This document shows positions 21,701 to 35,000 of a stretch of 64,000 nt of DNA, in pieces. The stretch's first letter is position 1, and each line of letters starts with the position of its first letter. The stretch is from NCBI GenBank assembly GCA_002269645.1, contig NIVC01001000.1, positions 124,001 through 188,000 on the forward strand, in the 5' to 3' direction. The position numbers and the translations under genes were made by a program. The notes beneath the pieces are model-generated. The model worked only from the letters and a program-made list of their open reading frames with translations. It ran no database searches and was not told where the DNA came from. The DNA comes from Macrostomum lignano. Lineage: Eukaryota.

Positions 21701-23593
21701 TTAACACATTAATTTTATGACGCCAAAATCTCTAGTGTATTATTGTTTGAACGACCGTGCCGCTACAAGACTGCTCCGCTATGATTACGACTACCCTCCC
21801 CCCAGAATTTGAGGACCCCGGCTGTTGAAATAAAACAGGAGAAAGCAATTTGTTGTGATTCGTCTGCACCATTTCTGTATTCATTTGTGCAAACTCAATG
21901 CCAATCAGTTACAAGGAAAATCCAAATCCAAATTTTTTTATTTTCTTTCTTAACCCCTACCTCATAATTATACTAAACAAACAATAAACATACCCACCAC
22001 TAAAAACTCATTTTATCTGCTAGCAAATTAACTGACAATAGACAAAGTAATATATCCTAGCAAACTAACCACAAACAATTTGATCCTAGCTAGGCCTACT
22101 AGCCTATAGTATAAGTGCACACAGCATATTATTGCCAAAACTTTTTAATAGGCCTATAATTGTATAAATATGAAATGTCTAGGTCTAATTATAACAAATT
22201 AATTAATAGGCCTATTTATTAGGCCTACTACTTTAATAATTACTACTTTGTCTTTACTTCTTAACATAAAAAGCTAGGCTAGACCAGCACTACCTAGGCC
22301 TATAAATTCTCAATCTCATTTGTACTATTTTGTTTCAAATCTAAAAGGGAATATTATAGATGGCCATGGCCTTATCATAAGGCCATATAGGCCTATGGGT
22401 TAAGCCTATGACATTAGGCCTAGCTTTGGCCTTTGGGTTATTGATATTTTATACAATACTAGCTGCAATTTTAGCTCTCACAAATATTGCCAATGCTTAA
22501 CTTTTTTGAGTTCTGCTCATTGTTAAATTTGCCTAGGCCATTGCTATGTACTCTTAATTTAATTTAGGCCCCTACTCAACAAAAATTAAGCCTAGGATAG
22601 CACTTTAATGGGCCTACCAATGCTTTCAGGAATATAGATCTAAATTAAATATAAATTAGGTAGGTAATACATAATATTTTATAAAAATTATAGGCCTTCT
22701 AATGTCAATGAAAAATTAACATATGTTTAACGTCATACGACATAAGCCATATCGCCCATATGTGTCCTGATGATCCAGTCTGACACTAACTACTGAAGCA
22801 GTTGAGTATTAAGCAGTTGAGGACCTGCTTATTCAACGTCATATTGATGCGATTTATACGTTGACCATTTAAACAAATATATGGTAAAATTTTAAGATAG
22901 CAAACTTTTTTACTAAATACAGTTAGTGTATTACATTATTGTATATGGAACATAAAAATTTTTGAAAATTTTATTGCTTTTGAATCGCTCCCTGTAGTGT
23001 GGGCCTAGTATACAATGAAACAACATGCCAAACCCTGTGATTTTTTTACCCATTCTACCATTGTGCAAAAAATACACCTGCGTAGATTCCGAAATAGAAT
23101 AAATACTCTTGTGTGTATTCTGTTGGGAAATTTCGATGAAAATACTACCAGTGCACGGGCGCGCTCTTTAATTGAGGATCTAATATATGAATGATTTCTT
23201 GTTACACAGTCCTGATCGAGTGGACCTCGTTGAATTTTTATTCAATTACATACATGTAAAGTGCCGTTATTAACATATTAAACGTACATGTAAACCAAAT
23301 GAACAGTCTAAAAACAAATTTGGTTTGTCGGCCCGCAACCTACACTATTACTGTTACGTACATGTAGCTCCCTTCGCGGCACGACAGGTTTACATGTAAC
23401 AACTAATTCTGCATCCCTATAGCGATTTCATCTGCATATGGTGCCCCAGCATTTCATGGAATGGATAACATATCATTATTATACTACTAGTATTAGCACC
23501 GTTGAAATATTTGCATACATGTACAGCAGGTGTACTAAAAATATAGTACCTAGTAATACAACCGGTAGCATATGCATGCATCATATACATTTT

Positions 23594-25420
23594 TAGGGCG
23601 CACACAGTAGACCCCTAGCGCGTAAGCGCTCGCAGAACAGGCAGGAGGAGCAGGCAGCTGCCTGAGGGGTCAGTGCAAGCGCCTGCAAGTCAGCAATGAG
23701 GCAGTCCGTCAGAGTGGCAGTGTGGGCCGGGCCGCGGCGCAGTTGCTCGGTTGACCGTTGCAGCAGAGCCTGAAGGACGGGCGCACCTACGGGCCCAGGG
23801 TTCGTAGGCAGTGGTGGCCCAGCAGCATCTGACGGCGCCAGCGGAGGGTAGCGCTGATAGGCGGGCGCTCCGGGTAGCGCACGCCCAGTGCGTAGCGCAG
23901 CAGCGATCGGTAAAGCGCGTCCAGGGCTCGCTCTCGCGTCTTGGTCAGCGGCACAGCCTCCATGCCGTACAGGAGGATCGGCTCGACGGCCACGCGGAAC
24001 AGACGCACCTTCAGGTCGTCTGTGGCAGCTGAATTGAAGACGTTCCTTTGCAGGTGCGCGGCGCGCCAGGCCTGGTTGCTCCTTGTCGGAGACAATCGCA
24101 TCGGGGTTCATAATAAGGGCACCGAGGTTCCGGAAGTCCTCGTGCACCGCGATGCGGTCTCCATTGGGCTGGGGTGGTATTCGTGCCCACGTGCAGCGCC
24201 TCCGTCTTGCGAGCGTTCACCAGCAGCCCAACGCGGGCACCCTCGTCGCAGAGCCTTGTGAGAGCGCACTGGGCTGCAGCAGGTTCGCGGCAAAGCAGCG
24301 CGATATCCTCAGCATATGCGAGAGCGGGAAGCGAAACAGCAGGGTGTCTGGAGCTTCGGCGTGAGACCAGCAAGTAGCTGTCGTCCTCGCAGAGGGACCG
24401 ACGGAGCACGTAATCCACAACCACGAGAAAGAGCAGAGGAGCCAGTGTGTCACCCTGAAGTACGCCTGAGCTGGTGCCGAACTCTTCTGTGGGGTCATCG
24501 CGCGAGATTACAAAAGCCCTGGAGTCGCGGTAGAGGTCCATCACAGTGATCACCAGCGCAGCAGGTACACCATAGTGAGATAAAAGCCACGCGATCGCAG
24601 GCCTGGACACCGAGTCAATCGCCTTACGAAAGTCGACGAAGATGATTGACACGGAGCGCTGGCGGCCGTCTTGCAGGCCTCGATGACAGAGCGGATGGTG
24701 GCAACCTGCTCGGTGGTGGACCTGCCCGGACGGAAGCCACTTTGGAGGCTCAGCAGCAGTGGGTTGAGGCCGGGCTAGGAGGCAGTTGATCAGAATTGTG
24801 TTCAGTGCAGCTTCGGCTTTGTGCATTCCAGAGCGATGCCCCGCTGGTTGTCCAGGCTGGTGGAGGCGCCTTTCTTCAGGATGAAGACAATCTTGGAGGT
24901 GCACATTGCTGAGGAGCTGAAGCGGTCTCGTTGCCTTCAAGGCTGCAGTGCTTTTTCAGCAGGCTGGTAATGATTGGGGTGAGCTCGGACAGCTTCAGGA
25001 CCCTGGGAGGGATGGCGTCCACCCCAGCGGCGGCGTCAGCTCGCATGATCTTCAGTGCTCGGCCAACCTCGCCCGAAGTGATGGGCCGGTGTTGAAGGCG
25101 CCTGGCTGGGCTGGAGCGAAGAGTCTGGGATTGGCAGAAGAGGCGCAGCTATAACGGGCGCGTTGAGCACCTCGCGGTAGTGAGTGGCCAGCAGGGCCTT
25201 GTGGTGCTCGTGGAATCAGCGCCGACGATGGTGTTGGGCTTGGGCTTCCTGCCAGTCAGCTGGTTGATGGCCGTCCTATGGCAGCACTATGGCGGCAGTT
25301 GTCAGTGGCAAGCGAGTTGGATTTCGCCCACAGCCTCTTCGATGAAGGCTTCAGTCCGCTGGGCGTGGATGCGCTGCAGCTCGTCCCTGGCAGCACTGGC
25401 CTGGTTGCTGTCATGGCTGT
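23594..25420 (-). mobile_element. 5'-truncated, frameshifted RTE/RTEX-like non-LTR retrotransposon
   Basis: RT motifs FVDFRKAIDSV, GVLQGDTLAPLLF and LAYAEDIALL (catalytic YADD changed to YAED); C-terminal LKVRLFR..VEPILLYGME segment in another frame; no endonuclease domain visible. Confidence 0.88.
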
Positions 25421-25425
25421 AAGAC

Positions 25426-25526
25426 CCAATGCAAGACAAAAGTACTAACAGTGTACACACTCAAAATGTATACTCAAAATGTACATGCATGTTGTGTACA
25501 CTGTTAGTATTTTAGTCTTGCATTGG
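25426..25526. repeat. ~100-bp fold-back (34-bp near-perfect inverted arms), MITE-like
   Basis: CCAATGCAAGACAAAAGTACTAACAGTGTACACA ... TGTGTACACTGTTAGTATTTTAGTCTTGCATTGG. Confidence 0.7.
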
Positions 25527-26600
25527 TTCTACAGACACTCAGACACTTCAAATTCAAATTCCTGAAGCAAATTTCTTGGGACTATAAAGCATTTGGCATG
25601 TCCCCTCCAAGGACCATTGTGCATGTAGTGTTACCGGTATACACTGGTTTTTGGTCCCCTCCCACAACTTTTAGTGGGGAATATCCCGGCCCGTCCCCCT
25701 TGGCGACGTCCCTGTGTAGCATGGCGTACATTTTGATGAGAACACGCGGGCGCGGTGTAAGTACCTGTACTGTATACGTAAGGTCCTAAGCAACGCACAG
25801 CACATCAGAAGATTTTTTACATTTAAATTATTCACACAGCTAGTGAGGTATGATACAATGCCATGAAGTTAACCAAAAGTATATTGTACTATTTTTAATT
25901 GCCTATTAAAAGTTTGGAACCCCTTAATTCTGTCCTGGTTCTATAGTCTGGCGACTCAAATGAGTAACCAAAAGATTTAAATGCGTACACTTTGTGCACG
26001 ACTCACAAAGAGTTGATAACGGTTGATTTTTGTTATATTTTTACTATTACAGCTAGTAGATTTGAAACAGATGGCCCAGAAGAATTTCAGCATCAGTATA
26101 TAGAAGTTGATTTTGTCATGAATGAATATTGAGGTCTGAAGAAAGGAAAGTTGCATAAATTAAAAAATTGACAGTGATGTTGTTTAATTTGGTGCGGGGG
26201 TAAAATAATAAGGGTGCGTCGAGTGCGATAAAACAGACGCAAATAAAACTGACAGGCTGTTTATAGCTAGGACATTTAACGAAATCAGAATTTAATAAGT
26301 ACACAGAGAAATGAATTACATACAAGATAAAAAAGTGGCAAATAATATAGACATACAATATGTAGTCAAACAAGTTTGTACGCAAACAAAAATTTAATAT
26401 AGCTTGCCAATCTACACAGCTAACAACAACTCGCATTTTAAACTGTAGTTTGAAGGCAACGCTTGACTTTCATGTTTGTTATAGATATCGATCGCTAAAC
26501 GAACCATATTATTAGTTAGTTTTATAGTCCCCGATTGCATGCAAAAGTGAAACGCTCGATCTGCATGTCAATTTTCGGTCAGGGAGATACTGAGAGTCTC

Positions 26601-28093
26601 TCAACCAATCAGCGAGCCGTCAATCTTTCGCTTCTGCTTCTTGGGATTCTTAGACCGGCTCTTGGCTTTGCAGAGCGGGCAGATTGGCGCATTCCGGTGA
26701 ATCTGCTGGTGGCAGGAGGTGCAAGCTTTCATCGGCGGCGGTTGCTGTCGAAAGGCGGCGGCGGCCGTGGCCGTGGCACAGACTTGCGGCATCGGCTGCT
26801 GCATGGAGACGCCAGCCGATGGGCAGGACGAGGAAGTTGTTGACAGAGCTGCCGGCTGGTGCAGGGCGGCGTTTGAGCTGCCCGGCCTCGGGGTCAGGGA
26901 GTGCGGGTGAGGAGGAGGGTAGAGCCGGCCGCACAGGCTGCTCGACGAAGAGCTGACGGCGGCTGCGCGGCGGCTGCTACAGCGGCGGCAGCGGCTGCTG
27001 CTGCCGCGGACATCGGCGGTGGAGGCGGTGGCAGCGACTGTTGCTGCTGCTGATTATGCTGATGCTGATGATGCTGCTGGTGCTGATGCTGGAGATGATG
27101 ATAGACGGCAGATCCGGGAGGCGGCGGCAGGAATGCTCCGCCACCACCGCCGCCGCCGACGCCGCCAAAATTCGGCAGGAACGGCGTACCGAAACCCAGC
27201 AGGTGCCGGCTCATGAAGTCCAAAGCGGCTGCCGCGGCCGCGGCTGACCCATTGTTGCCCATCGGGATCTGACCGCATTTGTTCGCGATGCTGGATGCAA
27301 TTCGGGATTAGGGGTGGTTAAAACCGGAGGAGTACTTTTTTTGAAATCATGACATAATAACCAACTCCACTGCTCGCAAGCTCGCACAACACGTGTCAAT
27401 GTACGGGAATATTTTTAAAGACTTGCCACTACATGTACTTTGAATTATGTTTGAGAGACAGGAATTTTATTCTGCAAAGTAAGCCCTGAACTTTTGAAGC
27501 TACAGTATTCGTAGTTATGCTAAAAATACAGCTTAAAAATACATCATTGAGAAGCGGAATTGCTCAAGATACGGCTTTTTGTCTAAACGGATTTCGAAAA
27601 GATTTGACTGGGGATTTTTACTCGTCGAAAAATATCCACGTTTCGAGCTATAAGACTTCACATATAAAAGTACATTAGGAACTTTGCTTGCTTCCGTTAC
27701 TGTCTTTGGTTGCACTTTTTGCATATAATAAAGAAAATAGCTTAATAAAAAATTAATTTAATGCTACGGCTCGTAAAAAACTTCTTAACTGAAATCGAAC
27801 TCAAACTTTATTGCTGCATTTAAACCGGTTCCTACTTGAATTTCAATATTTTAGTCAATTAGACTAGCAATCAAACCCCCCTAGGGGCTCCAGATAATCC
27901 CATGGTGTGGCATGCATCAACTCACTCGACATTGAGTCGCCAGTGTTCCGAAAGTCCTGCAGAGGCTCGAGGCCGCATTTCATTCGCAGTCGATTCACCT
28001 GACCTAGCAACAGGCCGTAGGTGTCCAACAGGCAGCGGAGGCGTTGCAACTCGCGGACTGTTCGCTTTCGGAGCGCTTCAAGTTGGATTCCAG
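26601..28093 (-). pseudogene. ZC4H2: Orphan 3' half of ZC4H2 (exons 28093-27926 and 27290-26601), frameshifted in this assembly
   Basis: [39 protein letters not shown] is the ZC4H2 C-terminus. One extra 1-nt deletion in each exon relative to the right arm. No 5' exons before the gap. Confidence 0.75.
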
Positions 28094-28164
28094 CTGTGGG
28101 GACAGGACACGGCTTGTTAAAATTACATTGCGTAATATCAACGGATAACGAATTATGACTTACT

Positions 28165-28420
28165 AATCTCTCTATCTCACTCAACACTCTCTCCATATCT
28201 TCTCCATATCTCACTCAACGCTCTCTCCATATCTCACTCAGCACTCTCTCCATCTCACTCAATGCTCTCTCCATATCTCACTCAGCACTCTCTCCATCTC
28301 ACTCAATGCTCTCTCCATATCTCACTCAGCACTCTCTACATATCTCACTCAGCACTCTCTCCATATCTCACTCAGCACTCCGTATCTCACTCAGTAGTCT
28401 CTCCATATCTCACTCAATAC
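28165..28420. repeat. ~21-23-bp minisatellite (CTCTCCATATCTCACTCAGCACT) next to ZC4H2 exon 3
   Basis: Direct reading. Confidence 0.9.
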
Positions 28421-29721
28421 TCTTTCTGTCTTCAGCCTGTTTTAACATCCTATATACATGTAATTCAATACTCGTAGTTATCAAAACAATATAAACAAAC
28501 AATAGATGCATATTATGCACAATTTTAGAAAACCATCGAGAGTTGTCCAACCCTCTTGCAGCATTCCTCAGACCAGCAGACGGAAAACCGGCCACCTAAG
28601 TTGCTGAGGAATTCAAAGACCGCATTGCAAGTTTGCCAGACTTTGGGAATCGAATTCTTCTTTTTTACATTTGGCCAGCGATCGTGACAGACAGCTGACA
28701 TCTCCTATTCACGCGGCTCTCGGCATTCTCCGCTATTTTCCGCACAAGAAAAAAAATTAGCCATTTTTTGCCAAGAGAAAAAAATCTATTCGATAAGGTT
28801 TAGCCGGACACCCACACTGCGCAGGAGTGTGCAAACAATTTGATCCTCAAGCCTGCATCCCTGTCTTATAGGTGTTTATTATTGCAGTCCTCCCCAAACC
28901 GAAACACCTTTGTTTTTTGGGGATTTTCGGGGAACCGTCGGCTGGCTTAGAACTCTCGGATTGCCTTGTTTGTCCAGCTTTTCTCCATACTTTCTCGGGC
29001 CCGCCGCCTCCCAATTTCAACGGTCAGGCACCGCCAAGTATAAAAGCCAAGTTGCTGGTCTGTTTGCTATATTTTTCCTAAAGACCTCCATGCGCATATA
29101 CGTATAGGGCCTCGATCGCAGTGGGTCAAGAATGAAACTGAAGATGCCAATCCCTGCACTCAGGCACTAATATGTGTGTAAAGCGAGCTTCAAGGGGGTT
29201 TCTATTGCTTATACAGAACTCAAAGACTGGAGATCATCAAGTCACTTTCTCAATATCGCTTCAAAAACCCTTTCAGACTTGAGACTGACTGACTCTCTTC
29301 GGAACTCCCCAGAACGTGTTGACACAGCGTAAACCAAGCTTATACCGCCGACTCAAGCCTTCTTCTCAACCTGATTAAACGATTCAGCTTTCTAATGGGA
29401 TTTACCGTATAATAGGAGTCTGAAACGATGATGAAGAAGAGATTCTGGACCTCCCCTCTTTTCTCCCACTCCTCGTTCTGTCTACAATATGGACCTGAGT
29501 GAGTTGAGCTCTTGAAACAATACTTGCTCACTGTCAAAGTTGACCTGTTTAAACAGATCGTTAAAAACTATAGCTAGAAATTGCTAGCAAAAATTTCACT
29601 ATTAAATAATGAGATGAAGATCTGGAGAAAGGGGAGCTGGAGGGGAACTGGAGAAATGAGGAACAGCGTTGGTGAGAGAAAAATGACTGACACAACTACA
29701 CAGTGTAGACACTTCTTACTG

Positions 29722-30583
29722 NNNNNNNNNNNNNNNNNNNNNNNNNNNNNNNNNNNNNNNNNNNNNNNNNNNNNNNNNNNNNNNNNNNNNNNNNNNNNNN
29801 NNNNNNNNNNNNNNNNNNNNNNNNNNNNNNNNNNNNNNNNNNNNNNNNNNNNNNNNNNNNNNNNNNNNNNNNNNNNNNNNNNNNNNNNNNNNNNNNNNNN
29901 NNNNNNNNNNNNNNNNNNNNNNNNNNNNNNNNNNNNNNNNNNNNNNNNNNNNNNNNNNNNNNNNNNNNNNNNNNNNNNNNNNNNNNNNNNNNNNNNNNNN
30001 NNNNNNNNNNNNNNNNNNNNNNNNNNNNNNNNNNNNNNNNNNNNNNNNNNNNNNNNNNNNNNNNNNNNNNNNNNNNNNNNNNNNNNNNNNNNNNNNNNNN
30101 NNNNNNNNNNNNNNNNNNNNNNNNNNNNNNNNNNNNNNNNNNNNNNNNNNNNNNNNNNNNNNNNNNNNNNNNNNNNNNNNNNNNNNNNNNNNNNNNNNNN
30201 NNNNNNNNNNNNNNNNNNNNNNNNNNNNNNNNNNNNNNNNNNNNNNNNNNNNNNNNNNNNNNNNNNNNNNNNNNNNNNNNNNNNNNNNNNNNNNNNNNNN
30301 NNNNNNNNNNNNNNNNNNNNNNNNNNNNNNNNNNNNNNNNNNNNNNNNNNNNNNNNNNNNNNNNNNNNNNNNNNNNNNNNNNNNNNNNNNNNNNNNNNNN
30401 NNNNNNNNNNNNNNNNNNNNNNNNNNNNNNNNNNNNNNNNNNNNNNNNNNNNNNNNNNNNNNNNNNNNNNNNNNNNNNNNNNNNNNNNNNNNNNNNNNNN
30501 NNNNNNNNNNNNNNNNNNNNNNNNNNNNNNNNNNNNNNNNNNNNNNNNNNNNNNNNNNNNNNNNNNNNNNNNNNNNNNNNNNN
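29722..30583. other. Assembly gap (862 N)
   Basis: Run of N directly at the inner end of the left arm. Confidence 1.
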
Positions 30584-31134
30584 CATGCAGTGCGTATTGA
30601 GCGAAACTGACAATTATGGAGGATTTTGAGTTTTTTTCTGCATCGTGTGCAGCTTTCTCTCAGTGCAGCTTCTCAATGAGGATCGAGTGCATTGGTATAA
30701 TAGATGATTGATCAGCTAATGACGATATAATTGCTCTTGCTCAAGGAGGCTCAAACATCTTCTTCACGTTTGACTCGAATTGTTGTCAATCTTCACTTTT
30801 TGACCGAGGCTCAGCAATATAACTCTGATGATGGATGATGAGAATTGAAGAGCAGGTGCTCAGAGCGAAGACAGACTTGTTTACAGTAGCTCTGAAGATA
30901 TGCACTCAATGCCTATTGGAGATGAGTAGATGGCGGCACCTGACCCCCTAGAATTGAGACGCGGAGGATAACGCCTCCTTCAAAAAAGCGCTCAGCTGCA
31001 GTGGGGAAGTTCCAGTCAAAATTTCATTTGTTTAAAGCTTTTAAAAACCACATGCAGTCCGAGGAGCCTCTCTATCAGGCCCTCGGGTCCTTTAAAACTT
31101 CACAATAGCAATCCGCCCCTACTCAGCTCCGCCC

Positions 31135-31905
31135 CTACTTGTGTCTCTACTCAGCTCTCTTCTCTTTTCTCGCCTCTTCAATCCCTTCTCTCTCCGATCT
31201 CTCTCTCCTCTCGTCTCTCGTCTCTCCTCTCCAGTTTCGCCTATCCTCTCTCCTCTCATCTCTCCTCTCCAGTTTCGCCTATCCTCTCTCCTCTCTCCTC
31301 TGTCCTCTCCTCTCTAGTTTCGCCTATCCTCTCTCTCTCTCATCTCTCCTCTCCAGTTTCGCCTATCCTCTCTCCTCTCTCCTCTGTCCTCTCCTCTCCA
31401 GTTTCGCCTATCCTCTCTCCTCTCATCTCTCCTCTCCAGTTTCGCCTATCCCTCTCCTCTCTCCTCTCTCCTCTCTCCTCTCTCCTCTCTCCTCTCTCCT
31501 CTCTCCTTTCTCCTTTCTCCTCTCTCCTCTCTCCTCTCTCCTTTCTCCTCTCTCCTCTCTCCTCTCTCCTCTCTCCCCTCTTCTCTCTCCCTCTCCTCTT
31601 CCCTCTTTCGTATCCTCTCTCCTCTCTCCTTCTCCTCTCTCCTCTCTCCTCTCTCCTCTCTCCCTCTTTCGTATCCTCTCTCCTCTCTCCTCTCTCCCCT
31701 CTTTCGTATCCTCTCTCCTCTCTCCTCTCTCTCTTATCTCTCCTCTCTCCTCTCTCCTCTGTCCTCTCTCCTCTCTCCCCTCTCTCTCTCTCTCTCTCTC
31801 GTCTCTCCCCTACTTCGTATCCTCTCTCTTCTCTTCTCTTTTATCCACTCGCCTCTCCTTTCTCCTATCTCTCTTCTCTCTTCCCTTCTTCCCTCTCGCT
31901 CTTCT
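31135..31905. repeat. CT-rich polypyrimidine simple repeat
   Basis: Direct reading. Confidence 0.93.
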
Positions 31906-32050
31906 CTCCCTTCGGGCCCGCAGTGATGTGCTAGATTCTTTATCCGGCCTTTGAGGTAAAGATTTTGCCGACCCCTGCTGTTACTCAAATAAAAATATCA
32001 AAGAAACTTCTCTGTAAAAATGAACTTTTTTGTATTTTTGCATCTTTCAG

Positions 32051-35000
32051 CGACTTAACGGGCTCATTGACTCGAGCCCGCTCGGATCTCGAAGTCGCAG
32101 TCAGGCACTGCGAGGAACAAAGTCGACGAGTAGATCGGTACGGTCGCGAGCTCGAATCTCTGCAACAGGAGCGCCTGGCCCAGGTGGAGCAGCTCCGACA
32201 GTTGCACGTGGAAATTTCCAGCGTAAGCAATGACTCTATTTGTACTAGTAAGCAGCACTTCGCTTGAAACTCGTACAAATATGCTTCTCTGTCTTTGGGG
32301 AAATTTTTCACAGGTCAATATATATTTAAATTTGATATAATCGCCCACAAAGTCACAGAATCGCTCACAGAAACCCCATACAACATAGAATCACCCACAG
32401 AACCATAGAATTGCCCACAGAACTATAAATTCGCCCACAGAACCATAGAATCACCTACAGAACCATAGAATCACCACAAACCATAGAATCACCCACAGAA
32501 CCATAGAATCACCGACAGAACCATAGAATCACCCACAGAACGATAGAATTGCCCACAGAACCATAGAATCGCCCACAGAACCATAGAATTGCCCACAGAA
32601 CTATAAATTCGCCCACAGAACCATAGAATCACCCACAGAACCATAGAATCACCACAAAACCATAGAATCACCCACAGAACGATAGAATTGCCCACAGAAC
32701 CATAGAATCACCCACAGAACGATAGAATCACCCACAGAACCATAGAATCGTCCACAGAACCATAGAATCACCCACAAAACCATAGAATCACCCACAGAAC
32801 AATAGAATCACCCACAGAACCATAGAACCACCCACAGAACGATAGAATCGCCTACAGAACCATAGAATCGTCCACAGAACGATAGAATCGCCCACAGAAC
32901 CATAGAATCGTCCACAGAACAATAGAATCACCCACAGAACCATAGAATCGCCCACAGAACCATAGAATCGCCCACAGAACCATAGAATCGCCCACAGAAC
33001 GATAGAATCACCCACAGAACCATAGAATCGCCCACAGAACCATAGAATCGCCCACAGAACAATAGAATCGCCCCTAAAGCTCCATATCGGATAACCAAAA
33101 CAATTATCATGGTCACGTAGAATCATTGCTTCCGTTTCAGCGAGCGGTTGACATTTCAATTATAATTCTACAATTATATTGGAGACTTGCTTCGTTGCTA
33201 AAACACATTCACTTCCATATAGCCTGCATATGAAGATTACGTAATCCATTAGCACTTGGTGCTGCTTGAAGTTCCATGTTCAATCTTTTTAAGCACCCAT
33301 CTAGCGATACAGATCTATCTCTTATTCTGCATCTTCCCTTGACATATTTCGTGCTGGTCAGTAAGGGCTATCATGTCTAGAAATTTGAAGATTTTTTCAA
33401 AGCATTAACATTTTTGTTGTCTTCTTTTGCAACATGTCAATCGGAAGATATGTTAGTGTTTGTCAGTAGAAACAAAAAACATTTGCTGTTTCTGCAAAAA
33501 GGAGAAGAGAGATCAGATACAGAAATCTCCAGTGCCCCAAAGTATTTGACCCCTGAACTGAACTGATGGGAGCTGTGTGCATGGAATATCTCACAAGCCC
33601 AAAACTTCATATAGGCTTTGTACGGAATTTCCCATTGTCAAAAAACTCTTGCTAACTAATTCCGCTAGCTTAACAACTTAAACTAATTTGACAATGTGAA
33701 ATTTCGAGCTTGTGAAGAATCGAGCTTGTGAAGGATCAAGCTTGTGAAGAATCGAGTCTGTGAAGAATCGAGTCTGTGAAGAATCGAGTGTGTGAGGAAT
33801 CGAGTGTGTGAAGAATCGAGTGTGTGAAGAATCGAGTGTGTGAAGAATCGAGCTTGTGAAGAATCGAGTCTGTGAAGAATCGAGCTTGTGAAGAATCGAG
33901 TCTGTGAAGAATCGAGTTTGTGAAGAATCGAGTTTGTGAAGAATCGAGTTTGTGAAGAATCGAGTGTGTGAAGAATCGAGTTTGTGAAGAATCGAGTGTG
34001 TGAAGAATCGAGCTTGTGAAGGATCGAGTCTGTGAAGAATCGAGCTTGTGAAGAATCGAGTCTGTGACGAATCGAGCTTGTGAAGAATCGAGTTTGTGAA
34101 GAATCGAGTTTGTGAAGAATCGAGTGTGTGAAGAATCGAGTTTGTGAAGAATCGAGCTTGTGAAGAATCGAGCTTGTGAAGAATCGAGTCTGTGAAGAAT
34201 CGAGCTTGTGAAGAATCGAGTCTGTGAAGAATCGAGTTTGTGAAGAATCGAGTTTGTGAAGAATCGAGTCTGTGAAGAATCGAGTTTGTGAAGAATCGAG
34301 CTTCGAACTTTTCTGTCTTCCTCTGAAAACAAGATCTTTCAAGATGGCTTGGAAGAATGAAAGAAGGGTCGCACGGTTCCGAAGCCATTTGAACTGAGAG
34401 GCAGAAAATTAAGGAAGCGATTTAAAAGATAAGAAGATATACATGTGTCTAACAAAAATGACGACTTTATTAAAACGCTAATAATTGTATTGTTCCAATT
34501 ATTTTATACACTTTAAGACCCGGAAAATCTAGTCAATAACTCTATTAGCAATAGTTTGCATTCGATTTCTGCCGATCAATATCGATAGCTGATATTGCTA
34601 AGAGTAAGGATTGCTGGGAGTTCACACCACCTGCTGTGTTTGCCCAATTAGTGTCAATAACCAATCAGAGATGCTAAGAGTTTGCACAGTTCAGTTCAGT
34701 AAGAAGTGTCTACACTGTGTAGTTGTGTCAGTCATTTTTCTCTCACCACGCTGTTCCTCATTTCTCCAGTTCCCCTCCAGCTCCCCTTTCTCCAGATCTT
34801 CATCTCATTATTTAATAGTGAAATTTTTGCTAGCAATTTCTAGCTATAGTTTTTAACGATCTGTTTAAACAGGTCAACTTTGACAGTGAGCAAGTATTGT
34901 TTCAAGAGCTCAACTCACTCAGGTCCATATTGTAGACAGAACGAGGAGTGGGAGAAAAGAGGGGAGAGGTCCAGAATCTCTTCTTCATCATCGTTTCAGA

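Larger units (their letters stand above)
1..29721 (-). repeat. Left arm of a large inverted duplication (pairs with 34697-64000)
   Basis: 29581-29721 is the reverse complement of ~34697-34836. The same genes, LINE and satellites occur in mirror order. One-to-one matching holds from ~7380 to 29721; beyond that both ends are zinc-finger arrays with different unit content. The arm is cut off by the N gap. Confidence 0.95.

Noticed and set aside
21717-21812. 31-aa ORF MTPKSLVYYC...YDYDYPPPRI in a locally GC-richer patch
   Set aside because: Too short, no recognisable homology and no clear splice context.
29581-30613. ORFs of 339 and 305 aa
   Set aside because: They run through the N gap.
33200-33600. 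Possible ancient LINE fragment on the minus strand (VKYFG...SLDGCLKRL, spacing similar to RTE KYLG...LDGC)
   Set aside because: Only two short motif resemblances with stops between them; needs a profile search.
33678-34388. Three overlapping 200+ aa ORFs (also 12140-12478, 52507-53373, 53140-53496)
   Set aside because: Stop-free frames of 16-bp and 24-bp minisatellites inside introns.
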